From Laetmonice hystrix (lineage: Eukaryota): DNA of 64,000 bases. Numbering within the stretch: position 1 is the first letter of the stretch; every line of letters starts with the position of its first letter. This document shows, in pieces, positions 26,571 to 39,345 of the stretch. Location of the stretch: positions 6,014,001 to 6,078,000 of the forward strand of contig OZ249436.1 in the NCBI GenBank assembly GCA_965235115.1. Reading direction: 5' to 3'. The position numbers were made by a program, and so were the translations under genes. The notes below the pieces were generated by a model. It searched no databases. It was not told where the DNA came from and saw only the letters and a program-made list of their open reading frames with translations.

Positions 26571-28315
26571 TGACGATTTAACATACTGTGGTAGAATTCA
26601 CGCCTACCTTACCTATTGACTGAGCCCACTGTTAGATCGATTGATTCAGATCACGATTTAACATACTGTGGTAGAATTCACGCCTACCTTACCTATTGAC
26701 TGAGCCCACTGTTAGATAGATTGATTCAGATCACGATGTAACATACTGTGGTAGAATTCACGCCTACCTTACCTATTGACTGAGCCCACTGTTAGATAGA
26801 TTGATCACGATTTAACATACTGTGGTAGAATTCACGCCTACCTTACCTATTGACTGAGCCCACTGTTAGATAGATTGATTCAGATCACGATGTAACATAC
26901 TGTGGTAGAATTCACGCCTACCTTACCTATTGACTGAGCCCACTGTTAGATAGATTGATTCAGATCACGATGTAACATACTGTGGTAGAATTCACGCCTA
27001 CCTTACCTATTGACTGAGCCCACTGTTAGATAGATTGATTCAGATCACGATGTAACATACTGTGGTAGAATTCACGCCTACCTTACCTATTGACTGAGCC
27101 CACTGTTAGATAGATTGATTCAGATCACGATTTAACATACTGTGGTAGAATTCACGCCTACCTTACCTATTGACTGAGCCCACTGTTAGATAGATTGATC
27201 ACGATTTAACATACTGTGGTAGAATTCACGCCTACCTTACCTATTGACTGAGCCCACTGTTAGATAGATTGATTCAGATCACGATTTAACATACTGTGGT
27301 AGAATTCACGCCTACCTTACCTATTGACTGAGCCCACTGTTAGATAGATTGATTCAGATCACGATTTAACATACTGTGGTAGAATTCACGCCTACCTTAC
27401 CTATTGACTGAGCCCACTGTTAGATCGATTGATTCAGATCACGATTTAACATACTGTGGTAGAATTCACGCCTACCTTACCTATTGACTGAGCCCACTGT
27501 TAGATAGATTGATTCAGATCACGATTTAACATACTGTTGTAGAATTCACGCCTACCTTACCTATTGACTGAGCCCACTGTTAGATAGATTGATTCAGATC
27601 ACGATTTAACATACTGTGGTAGAATTCACGCCTACCTTACCTATTGACTGAGCCCACTGTTAGATAGATTGATTCAGATCACGATGTAACATACTGTGGT
27701 AGAATCCACGCCTACCTTACCTATTGACTGAGCCCACCGTTAGATAGATTGATTCAGATGACGATTTAATATACTGTGGTAGAATTCACGCCTACCTTAC
27801 CTATTGACTGAGCCCACTGTTAGATAGATTGATTCAGATCACGATTTAACATACTGTGGTAGAATTCACGCCTACCTTACCTATTGACTGAGCCCACTGT
27901 TAGATAGATTGATTCAGATCACGATTTAACATACTGTGGTAGAATTCACGCCTACCTTACCTATTGACTGAGCCCACTGTTAGATAGATTGATTCAGATC
28001 ACGATTTAACATACTGTGGTAGAATTCACGCCTACCTTACCTATTGACTGAGCCCACTGTTAGATAGATTGATTCAGATCACGATTTAACATACTGTGGT
28101 AGAATTCACGCCTACCTTACCTATTGACTGAGCCCACTGTTAGATAGATTGATTCAGATCACGATGTAACATACTGTGGTAGAATTCACGCCTACCTTAC
28201 CTATTGACTGAGCCCACTGTTAGATAGATTGATTCAGATCACGATGTAACATACTGTGGTAGAATTCACGCCTACCTTACCTATTGACTGAGCCCACTGT
28301 TAGATCGATTGATTC
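26571..28315. repeat. Tandem repeat, 80-bp unit GATCACGATTTAACATACTGTGGTAGAATTCACGCCTACCTTACCTATTGACTGAGCCCACTGTTAGATAGATTGATTCA, ~22 copies
   Basis: ACGATTTAAC occurs at 27361 and 27601 (3 x 80). Two units are slightly shorter (lacking TTCAG). Confidence 0.99.
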
Positions 28316-29545
28316 GCCACCATTTTCTGAAGGGATGTGTACGTAATTTACCTCCCCCGGTACACTATAATGGGGGGGGGGGGGGTCAACTTTAACTTTT
28401 CAAAATAATCAACGGAATTCTCAGATACTGGACATGCTTACAAGGGAATAAGACACAAGAGGTTTGTACGTATGAAACTGAAGACAGAGGCAGGCCCTTG
28501 TTCCGTGAGATAATTTACACCTGAGATGGAAGCAGGTGTTCGAGGATAAACTGACACCTTTGACGAGGTAGAGCTAACCTTAGCAAACACATCATGATAG
28601 AAACCTCCTGTGTAAGTGCCAGACAACATCAATTCGGACACAATATTCCTACATCAGTGTCAGTACGTTAAGCTCGGTGTCAGAACGGACATAATTTATT
28701 ATCCTCGTATCATTGCGAGAACAGAAACATGACAGGTTTTTCATCAACACTAGATGTGGTTTTATTTACGCCGCAAACGTTTGACCTTTTGGTGAGAACA
28801 TCTGTATGGGCAAAGATAATCTAATTTGACATAAGATTTAGATTTGGGTTGAGTACAGATGGAAACACCAGATGCCCACATCCTTAAAACGACACCATTA
28901 TTTGAATCTCTGTCGCTTTCATTTATTCTCTCGTTTTTGTGTTCATGTTTTTAGGGTAAATATGTTTAGAAACCTAGAAGTTGAAACTGACGTTTTTCTT
29001 CGGAGCACAAGCACAGGGCAACTGGTAATTCTGTTTAATGATGAGACTATAAGGGCACGACTTGTCTGTGGTAGAAGGATGGAAAGTGCAGCCTATTAGG
29101 TGGGCTACTACTGAGGCCTATTATACTAGATTATCAGTTATGTGGACCTTCACCGATATTAGATCAATTTCTATAGAGAAGGCTCACCAATAGGAGTTTG
29201 CTGTGAGCTGTAAGCATGGCCGGTTACCCATTTAGTCGGGGGAACTTTTATGTGCATCGTTTGTGGAGGATAAGCACCGATCGATGCTTGTCCAAGTAAT
29301 GTTATGGTTGTTACAGTCAGCCTTTACAAAGTGGCGGTATTATTGAAGGCTGGCCTTGAGCCACGGGTCGTGTAGCGGCCATAACTGACCGTGTCGATCG
29401 GATTGTAGCCAAGTCCCAGGGGTCAGGTGCCAGGTGACAGATGGGTCAGGTAGGCTGTCCTTGACATTATAGCTTTGCTCGGCTTTGGTCGGCGGCCTGG
29501 ACTGGAGGTGTCGCTCTCGGTCTCGTGCTCTCGCGAGATCCCGTC

Positions 29546-29564
29546 GAGCGCCACCTAGCGGCGC
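29546..29564 (-). promoter_or_regulatory. Strong CTCF-like motif (GCGCCGCTAGGTGGCGCTC) in a CpG-rich patch
   Basis: Full match to the CTCF core including the GGCGCT tail. Confidence 0.5.
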
Positions 29565-30806
29565 GGCGCCGACGGCCAATGATCCGGCGGTGACGTGAGA
29601 CTGCGTCATGATGGGTCAAGGTCAAGGCCACACCACCCCAGCACGTCCATCCCCCTAAAAACCCACCTGATTTGGATAAAGACAAATGGGATTCAGATGA
29701 TGGTTTTATGGTTTACAGAATCCTTACCACGACACGACAGACGGGAAGATTTGGAGTGACAGTGGCTGCAGATGTTAACAAAGGAAAGTCTTTTTGAGGT
29801 TTTTATGGCGATAATTTGATAAAGTAGTTTGAAATAGAACCAAATCTATCCGTTACAAGTGTCTAAATGGACGATAATACAGACAAACTCATGTAGATAA
29901 TGTTAAATTCATAGCACTAATTGGCGACGCTGTAAGTCACGTTTGAGGACACGCTGAACATTAGGAATATTGAAGTGCGTTGTAATGGGTGGGAGAGAAA
30001 TGATGAGAGATGTTTGTGTGTGGACGTTGACGGGTATCGGCAGGTCTGATGATGGATCTGTTTAGACCTCAGTCACTCATGGCATTCACTGTGCCCGTCA
30101 TCGCCCCCCCCCCCACCACACCGCCGTACATACATAATATGGTAGGCTGGTCCGTGCTTGCCGTCCTCGCTACCATCCCCACCCCGTGTTAATGCTCATT
30201 CCTATCTCTTTGTGTTGTCTGACCGTGGAACCCATCAGTCACAGACAGTTCGTCGGTGATTTATGTCGCTGCCAGTGGCCTTAGCACACTGCAAATTTAG
30301 CACCCTCCCCCATTCCCCCTTCGCCACAGAATGAACGGTTACCGGCACTTTGCACTCTGTCCTCTCAAGCTGATGGCAGCGTAAATTTTTCATGCTATTT
30401 AATTATGTGGCTTCTCCTAAGTTTTATTGTAGAGAACAGGGATGTTCCTTTTAATTTTCCCAGTTATGTGTGATCAAAGCGCTGTAATTTGAGGGCTTAC
30501 GCCACACTAACATTCTTCATTAGTGACCATAATTTAAGTATAATCACATTTCTTGCTCCATTTTTCTGAGAACTGCTGAGGCCCGCAGACAGCAGCTGTG
30601 CCCTTGTAGATGGCACCGAAGCCTCTCTCCCGCAATTGACATTTTACCCCCTAAATCGTCGGCTTTTAAGGAGTGTAAGTCCTCGACACCCCACTGCTGA
30701 ACTGTTTACCATGACGGTAGCAGAAAAACGAGGATGGATTTTTGATAATTACTGAACGCAGCTGATCGCACTGGTACGAATAAAGGGTTGATACGATCGG
30801 GATATT

Positions 30807-30971
30807 AGCACTGAGATTCCGGGTCGCTTTCAGAGCTTAGCTAACTCTGCTAAAAGTAGACAGCACTGAGATTCCGGGTCGCTTTCAGAGCTTAGCTAAC
30901 TCTGCTAAAAGTAGACAGCACTGAGATTGCGGGTCGCTTTCAGAGCTTAGCTAGCTCTGCTAAAAGTAAAC
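30807..30971. repeat. Tandem repeat, 55-bp unit AGCACTGAGATTCCGGGTCGCTTTCAGAGCTTAGCTAACTCTGCTAAAAGTAGAC, 3 copies
   Basis: Three near-identical direct copies. Confidence 0.95.
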
Positions 30972-31277
30972 ATTCTCCGGAGTTAGTGTAAATATTGCAA
31001 GTCCGCATGAAGTGCTTGGTCTCTTTCTTAGCAGGTAGTCATATTCAAATATGCATGCTCACAATGGTAAAGGGATGCTTGATCATTATCAATTTATAAA
31101 TATGTACGCATACAGGTATGTATACATGTATTTCCGATCATTAAAGTCAAGTCTAGAATCTTGCGATTGAAAAATGTCTGATTGATTATTCTTAATATGT
31201 AACCTAGTTACCTGACACGTTTGCACTGGGCTCACCCAATGCAAACAGGATACGCCGTTTGCGAATTCGTTTCCCCG

Positions 31278-31517
31278 AAACGACATAGGATTTCGAGTCT
31301 TCTGATTGGCTCGTACTCAATTTCTCAGTCTGACCCAATTTACCAATACCGACACAGACCGTCAGAAAGCGCACAAGTGGGGTTGATTCAGATAGAACTA
31401 ACCCTATCCTTACCTTAACCCTAACCGGGGTAGGGTGGAGGTCGGGGGGAGGGGTTTTTGACTTCGATCCCGCAGCCAGTCAGAAACCTCTAAATATTCC
31501 CTATTGCTATGTCATTT
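31278..31517. mobile_element. Putative small fold-back or MITE-like element with imperfect terminal inverted repeats and an internal telomere-like (TAACCC) patch
   Basis: The left end AAACGACATAG..ATTTCGAGTCTTCTGATTGGCT aligns with the reverse complement of the right end AAATGACATAG..ATTTAGAGGTTTCTGACTGGCT, with one ~9-nt gap. The interior contains CTAACCCTATCCTTACCTTAACCCTAACC. No TSD was found. Confidence 0.5.
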
Positions 31518-34500
31518 GGAGTTAAAAGTTCCGGCCCGGTCATTGGCCGTTGTAGACATGAAATCTGGCGACTTTTCTATGGATTAATTGTTAATCTCGT
31601 TATAATGCTGAAAGGAGGCTGGCTTAACTATCTGTATCATTGATTGTCAACAACTCTTGTTATCAGATATCATATCAACATTATTGTACCATGGTCATGA
31701 TCCGAGGTAGGTATATTGATACACAGGTCGAGTTAATATTTGACCAAGGGAACATTAGGAGCTAGGCGTAGTCCAGGCGTGGCCGGGCGGCAGGCTGGTG
31801 CCACAGTCTGGCTGGGAAAAGGACGTTTAATGGCGAGCGACCCCGAAGGCCTGCACCATCGTCCGGATGCGTTCTATTGTCTCCATTAGGTACAATTATA
31901 ACAAAGAGACTACACGGCTAATTTATCATAACCTCAACCCGAGCTTTGTCACTTCCAATCAATGGGGCCAATGAGAGATTTGATTGACTACAGGCCGGTG
32001 ACCCCAGAGGAAAGGTTATGGGTTTCGCCACAGCATGGGACGACAGGTCAGAGCAGGCCAGAGCAAGCTGGACACATCCCCCCCCCCAGCTCCGATTCTA
32101 ATTGTCGTCATTCACGAAAACGGACGTTAGGCGCGGACTCGCAGGCATATATAGCCGCCAGCTAGGCCCGGTCGGCAGGATTGCACGGAGGCAATCTAAA
32201 GTCATGGAGGTCTACGAACTACTTGACCGCGATGGAAGGGAGAGTGGGCCAAGTTCAGGCTGGGTACTGATGTAATTGCTAGCTTATGGCAGGCTGCGCA
32301 GTTTGTAGCCTAACTGCTCCCTTCTGGCCATTAGCCTGACCCAGATGTTGACCCGGTTTGTCATCTACAAATATTCATCTCTGAGGGCAATAAACAGTAT
32401 TATTTATCAAACCCGTGCTTCCTACCTCTGGCATTACCACCAGATATTGTTTGGGTATAATCATATACATTGTAATCACAGCATAACCTTGGGCAGGTAG
32501 CAATGTTCTCAGTCCAGACACCATTATCTTGCCGACCTTTATGACGTACGATCAGAGCTTTTAAACACAGAGTTATTGGGCATGGTGTGATGTTAACAGC
32601 ACCTCTCGTCGACCTCCACCGGACCCGGGGTGTCGTTAGTGGCCGGCCAAAGTTCGGTGGGGGCACAATGTGGTGGTGTGGCGGGGTGAAGTGTTACACA
32701 CAGCAGGCTGGTAGTTGACTGATTCATCTGTTTGCTAGCACAGCTCTAATGTGATTTGTGCGGCTGGTCCCTCAGCCCAGATTGGATTGCCGACTGTGGG
32801 GCATGGCGCCGGTTACAGCCTCACGCGTCACCAATCACAGCCTCTGTCTCTGCCTCCAGCCTCCTGCAGCCTTGGATGGGCTGGCTAATGTCAGCGCCCC
32901 CACCATTCACAATCAACTCAGGTATATAGCAATAATTAATCAGATATACCTCCCAACAAGTGATTTATACCTCTCAACAACACACACTCTCGCTTCTGAA
33001 AAGGCCATGTAGCAACAGTTAATGCTTGCATTAAGTTCTCGACGTTACTTGGGAGTTAACGTCATAAATGATTCAATTGTTTAACTGAAATAAAAACAAC
33101 TTTAAGGCACGTGTACGGCACAAAACAAGGATTGTTTTATTTCATATAAGGTAAACATTCTTTGTAACACCTACCAAAAAAAATGCACTGACAAATGTAG
33201 ATGATATAGGTAATGCAACACGGGGGACATTGTCATTGTACGGAAAGCTTGCAGCAAGAAGAACACTGTATTGCTCTTGTTGGTCGTACTGCAAACAGAC
33301 TCAGTGTTTGTCTCCTACTACAGTCAGCGTGGTAGTTGTTTGTAGTACAAATGGTCTACATGTGGCACCACAGGCCCTCCATTCGGCTCGCCCCGCCACC
33401 TTTCTTTGCCTGCCCGAACTGAATGGCCCTTACAAGGTGTTTGAAGACAAAGCGGGACCTCTTACCACAGCTGGGAGGGCCGTGGTGTCTGCCGTAACAA
33501 GTGCTCGACGACTGGGGCTGAGGGCGGCCAAGTACGTCTCACACAATCTTACTTTTGTGACCAAACATGGAGAACATTTGGTGAAGTATAGATCTGCTGG
33601 CCTGGTAAGCCCGCTTTGATGACACTGTGGCTGACAGGGAGGTGGCAGGTTGGGCCCCGGCCGCCCGCGTCCTTGTACCGATGCCTGAGGTCACACACAC
33701 ACATCATGGGTCATGTCAAACTCGGGTGTCTTCTGTGCCGCGTGTGTTGCAGGCCCTTTGGCCACGTGTACTCGACTACACGGTGGAGGCGCTGCAGGCC
33801 AAGTCAATGAATAAACCCACACTATTGTTCTATTTCTAAGTCCTCTATAGCAGACCAAGAACGGGCAAGCTCAATGTCGTCGACCAGTAATTGTGACCAT
33901 TTACATGTGGAATGGTTGTTATGAATAAAAGAGGATGTGTTGGGGAGCGGGCTATAGGAGCGGGAGTAGTTCTAGTTTCTCCCTGGAGGCTGTTACCATT
34001 GTGAACTTTCGGGCCACGAGAACCTGAAGAAAACAGTGAAAGGTCTTAGAAGGTTTGCGAATGTTCACGTTGGAAGAGGTTCACGTTGTTCCTCCTTGTG
34101 TTTAGATTCCTGTAAAAAGGTGTTTGAGTGCATGTTGCTGGGGGCAAGGTTTGTATTAAAGGCCTATAAACCTACTTCATGAGGCAAGGTTAAACGATGC
34201 TGTTAATCACGACAAAAAACAGTCATTGAACGTGGAAAAAAGTTAAGAACAGGTGTCAGTATTTATTGGGGAGGTGTACGGGATATCAGGTTTCGTCAGT
34301 TTGTCACATGGATATATTGAAAGACTTGGAGAAGGCAAAGTACACACCAAGCAAACAAGGCAGGGAGGGAGAGCCTGTCAGTGGGTGACAGTTGTGGCCA
34401 TTGGTGGTGGAATAATGTATGCAGCAGAGGTGCGCACATCAAGGGAGTTTTATTACTGGTTCAAGGACAGCTGACGAACGGACAGCGGAGCTCTGGGAAC

Positions 34501-36050
34501 GACCTGCCAACTGACCTCGAGTCGTTGCCACGTCTTCACCGACCCACTGCATGGGGAGTGATCATTGTTGTCACGATAACACAGGCTACATATCACTCCC
34601 ACGGCAGCCTTGCATGTCACCATGAAGATTGTCTTTGTCACAATGGTAGCTGCCACAGCCGGGTGTGACTTGGCCGTGACATATAGCCCAAGTCGTCATG
34701 TCGTTCGTAAGGTAGACACCAGCAGTACATGACAAGGGATGAGGCCAGGTGAGGCTACTCGCCTGTCACTCATGGCAAAGACAACGGCAACCCTTAACAT
34801 TCAGGCTAATTGATTTCTACACACTTGCATATACATTTCACAGGGTGATCACGTTCGCCCTACTTCAAAAGCGCGTGCCCTCCAGCCGGGAATAGGGGCA
34901 ACGGGGTCAAGAAATTCAACACACAATTTTTCATATGGGGGGTCAAATATCAGCACAGAGAAAAGGGTGTATTGTGATTATCTCTCGACGCGCCGTGTGA
35001 TTACAAAGGTAACAAAAGTACGTCGACCACTACTGGCTTTGTCGGCGTCCCGTGAAGCCACAAGTAATCGGACCCGGAGATATTAGAAGTATGCCGTGGT
35101 TTTCTTAATGAGAAACCTTATCATTGATGGCTGAGTGCCACACGGACTGATCGGAAAACCGACCACTGATACTGTGTCCACTCACCAGGGGGTGTGATCA
35201 CCCCATTGATTTACCTACTCAGTGACGGTGACACAACCATATGAGAGATGACACGGAAAACGCGACCGGATCAGGTTCACCTGTACTTTCCTGTATTTAG
35301 GTTTTGTGGACACAGAATACCGCCAGGTGGATGACACACGGCGTCCTCATGCTATCTGTCTACACTTCAGTCCACCAAGGACAGTAACAAGATATTCTTA
35401 TTGAAAGTGATAAACGGTCTTAAATCAGTTTCCCCCCCCCCCCATAAAGATTCCTATGTCAGTGTTAATTATTCTCAGTCGTTTTCTATATTCGCCTTGG
35501 TATGACAACAAGTGAAAACGATTCGTACTAATTGTAATATAAGCCAATGCATTGGTAAATAGTTGTGCCCTTTAGACCAGGAATGACAGGCAAGGATGCC
35601 GCCTGGTTATATCCATACACGTACTCCGTCTGAAACGTCTCAGATGGTGGCTCCCCCAAGAAGCCGTTCGGCGAACAAAGACGTCCGGTTATTTGGTCAG
35701 GTTTCTCAGTGTTATGTTGACGTGTGTTTTGTATTGTCAGCGTTATTGTACCCGAGCATATACCTGCTCGCTACAAGTAATACGGCACAGATATAAGATT
35801 ATAGTAGTTCATAATCTGAACATGATTGTTGATAATCACATTGAGAACAAGATTTGATGGTGGACTTTTTTTGAGATCCTGATGAACCAAGAGAAACGTT
35901 GTAATAGTGTTTCCACTCAATATATTTAACTCAGTATGCAAGGTAATCCTACCATTTCCTTACACCTTCCCTCGTGTGTAGGATTCATAATGTGACCTGC
36001 TTCATGGTTTCTGGACAGTGTGGATGAACAATGAGTTTGGAATGTAAGTA

Positions 36051-37164
36051 ACAGACAGTGTGACCACCACAGACAGTGTGACCACCACAGACAGTGTGAC
36101 CACCACAGACTGACCACCACAGTGTGACCACCACAGACAGTGTGACCACCACAGACAGTGTGACCACCACAGACAGTGTGACCACCACAGAGTGTGACCA
36201 CCACAGACAGTGACCACCACAGACAGTGTGACCACCACAGACAGTGTGACCACCACAGACAGTGTGACCACCACAGACAGTGTGACCACCACAGACAGTG
36301 TGGCCACCACAGACAGTGTGACCACCACAGAGTGTGACCACCACAGACAGTGACCACCACAGAGTGTGACCACCACAGACAGTGTGACCACCACAGACAG
36401 TGTGACCACCACAGACAGTGTGACCACCACAGACAGTGTGACCACCACAGACAGTGTGACCACCACAGACAGTGTGACCACCACAAACAGTGTGACCACC
36501 ACAGACAGTGTGACCACCACAGACAGTGACCACCACAGAGTGTGACCACCACAGACAGTGTGACCACCACAGACAGTGTGACCACCACAGACAGTGTGAC
36601 CACCACAGACAGTGTGACCACCACAGACAGTGTGACCACCACAGACAGTGTGGCCACCACAGACAGTGTGGCCACCACAGACAGTGTGACCACCACAGCC
36701 GGTGACCACCACAGACAGTGTGACCACCACAGACAGTGTGACCATCACAGACAGTGTGACCACCACAGAGTGTGACCACCACAGACAGTGACCATCACAG
36801 GCGGTGACCACCACAGACAGTGTGACCACCACAGACAGTGTGACCACCACAGACAGTGTGACCACCACAGACAGTGTGACCACCACAGACAGTGACCACC
36901 ACAGACAGTGACCACCACAGACAGTGACCACCACACACAGCGTGACCACCACAGACAGTGACCACCACAGACAGTGTGACCACCACAGACAGTGTGACCA
37001 CCACAGACAGTGTGACCACCCAGACAGTGTGACCACCACAGACAGTGGCCACCGCAAACAGTGTGACCACCACAGACAGTGTGACCACCGCAACCAGTGT
37101 GACCACCACAGACAGTGTGACCACCACAGACAGTGTGACCACCACAGACAGTGTGACCACCACA
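36051..37164. repeat. Minisatellite, 18-bp unit ACAGACAGTGTGACCACC with 16/14-bp deletion variants, ~63 copies
   Basis: Direct periodicity. It generates the TTTDSV, WWSHCL and CGGHTV pseudo-ORFs. Confidence 0.98.
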
Positions 37165-37244
37165 ACTGTCTGTGGTGGTGTGGGTGAGTGTGGACAAGGA
37201 GTGCTCTGTTACACGGGGAATGACGCCGACTGACAAAGATTCCG

Positions 37245-37755
37245 ACCTCACTGATGTTGGTGTTACTGGGAGCCGGGTAAGCCGAGGCTGACCTGTGTCA
37301 GTGTGTGGTACCTCACTGATGTTGGTGTTACTGGGAGCCGGGTGTTGGTGTTACTGGGAGCCGGGTAAGCCGAGGCTGACCTGTGTCAGTGTGTGGTACC
37401 TCACTGATGTTGGTGTTACTGGGAGCCGGGTGTTGGTGTTACTGGGAGCCGGGTGTTGGTGTTACTGGGAGCCGGGTGTTGGTGTTACTGGGAGCCGGGT
37501 AAGCCGAGGCTGACCTGTGTCAGTGTGAGGTACCTCACTGATGTTGGTGTTACTGGGAGCCGGGTGTTGGTGTTACTGGGAGCCGGGTGTTGGTGTTACT
37601 GGGAGCCGGGTAAGCCGAGGCTGACCTGTGTCAGTGTGTGGTACCTCACTGATGTTGGTGTTACTGGGAGCCGGGTGTTGGTGTTACTGGGAGCCGGGTG
37701 TTGGTGTTACTGGGAGCCGGGTAAGCCGAGGCTGACCTGTGTCAGTGTGTGGTAC
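37245..37755. repeat. Composite array: 23-bp subunit GTGTTGGTGTTACTGGGAGCCGG in blocks of 1,2,4,3,3, each followed by a ~41-bp constant segment
   Basis: Counted directly. The constant segment is GTAAGCCGAGGCTGACCTGTGTCAGTGTGTGGTACCTCACT. Confidence 0.95.
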
Positions 37756-39305
37756 TGAGAGGGTGGTGACGTACGGATCGCTGACGGTGACAGTGTGTGC
37801 CGGGGTGTGCTCCCCGTCTGTGTGGGGAACCTACCGTCAGCCGGCCCGGGAACCAGCCGGCGCCTGACCAGGGTGACGACAACCACAAACCATGGCCCCC
37901 CAGCGTCCCTCCACTCGTACGGCAGGGTGCTGACAGAGGTTGTCGCACTCCTCGCTGACACTATCCGGGACACAGCGCCACTAGTGGTGTGTGAGGTAGA
38001 ACTCCAGTCTGAGAATCGCTCTGTTTATCCCAGCCCCCGGGAGACCACCACACAACCAAGGGGCAGTTAGAACGCGGTTCTAGTGCCCAGAGTTGCCACT
38101 AGGGCAGATTTGTTGTATGTACCCTGTTGCCCCATGCACCATTGCTGGAGGGCACATAGCTGGGTATAACCCCCACCCCTGACCATTACAGAGACATAAA
38201 TCCATCACTGTCACCCAGGGGGCCACCCCCACTATGTTGCTCTGACAGCGTTGGTGACAGTCACACCATGGGGGCGAGAGATGAAAGGACCCGGTCGGGA
38301 CACCCAGCCGTGACGGCCACCACACCACCCCTACAGCACGCTTGACAAATGACAACTTCAGCTGACAAGGTCGGGGCAACCTTGATGTTCACAACTTGGA
38401 CAAGCACATGTTCTCGGGTTTTTGTCACGTCTGACATTTGGTGAAACTTAAGCAATATTCATGGTGGGAGCCAGCTTTTGAAGTCGGTGGCGTTGCCTCG
38501 TTGGCCGCACTTTTTGATAGCTTATCTGATGGGAACGTACACCAAGAATGACAGACTGACACTGTGCCTTGACACACACAATAGCTTCCAAACAGCAACG
38601 TTTTTCAACACAATCACTCAAGTAACGGAATTGCATAAATTACAAACGTTAGTGGAACAGGCGGCTGTGAATCACTTTAATGAGATCCAAAGAAAGGAAA
38701 GACGCGGACTTGTTGAGTCACTGTGAATAGAAAGACTTCACAAATTGTGGTATAAACACAGTGGGGCACAACACAGGACATTCTTAGAGTATGACGTGTT
38801 TGTTACACTGCGACATATCACACCGCCGCTTCCCATCAACATAAAACTCACCACGCACAAGTTAATCATCTTTACTAAAATCACACCCAGATTACCCCGT
38901 CCTTAGCCACATACACTTCACATCGACGTCATGATGACACAACATGGTATATTTATCACTCAAGTGAACGAAAAACGGTCATTTTGTTATAGAAATCGTC
39001 AGGACTTTACCAAGAGAGAAATATCGGCGGAACACCCACCTGAACGCCCCCAATAAACGTCAGACATATTTGTAGCACTTAGGGTCAAGTAGTTTGTAAA
39101 ATAAAGTACCAACACGCCGAATGACAAGTTTTTTAAGTGCTCCAACGCTAAACATTTCCCACGGCCCACGTACAACAAAACAGGTACACCTCAACGTCAA
39201 TGTTCAATGTCATGAATTCAAATAACGTGGTCGGTTTTGTCTGAATTGTGTAAGGATGGCTGTTATTAATGTTGTTTAGGAAAGATTCCACGGCATTGAG
39301 TGGTC

Positions 39306-39345
39306 GTAAGCCTCACTGGCCGAGGCTTACTGCGTAGGCTACTAG
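39306..39345 (+). mobile_element. Helitron-like 3' terminus (hairpin, 11 nt, CTAG, then T)
   Basis: GTAAGCCTC-N7-GAGGCTTAC is a perfect 9-bp stem, followed by TGCGTAGGCTA, CTAG(39342-39345) and T. The 5' end was not identified. Confidence 0.45.

Noticed and set aside
34157-34180. TTAAAGGCCTATAAACC, resembling the left end of another TTAA MITE
   Set aside because: No matching right terminus was found in the window.
35926-37251. Long ORFs with TTTDSV, WWSHCL and CGGHTV repeats (mucin-like)
   Set aside because: They lie within the 18-bp array, and its frequent 2- and 4-bp deletions shift frame, so there is no frame conservation.
38080-38300. Minus-strand SVMVRGGGYTQL (Tc1-like) and MVHGATGYIQQI (PIF1-like) snippets
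   Set aside because: These are single short motifs with no collinear supporting motifs.
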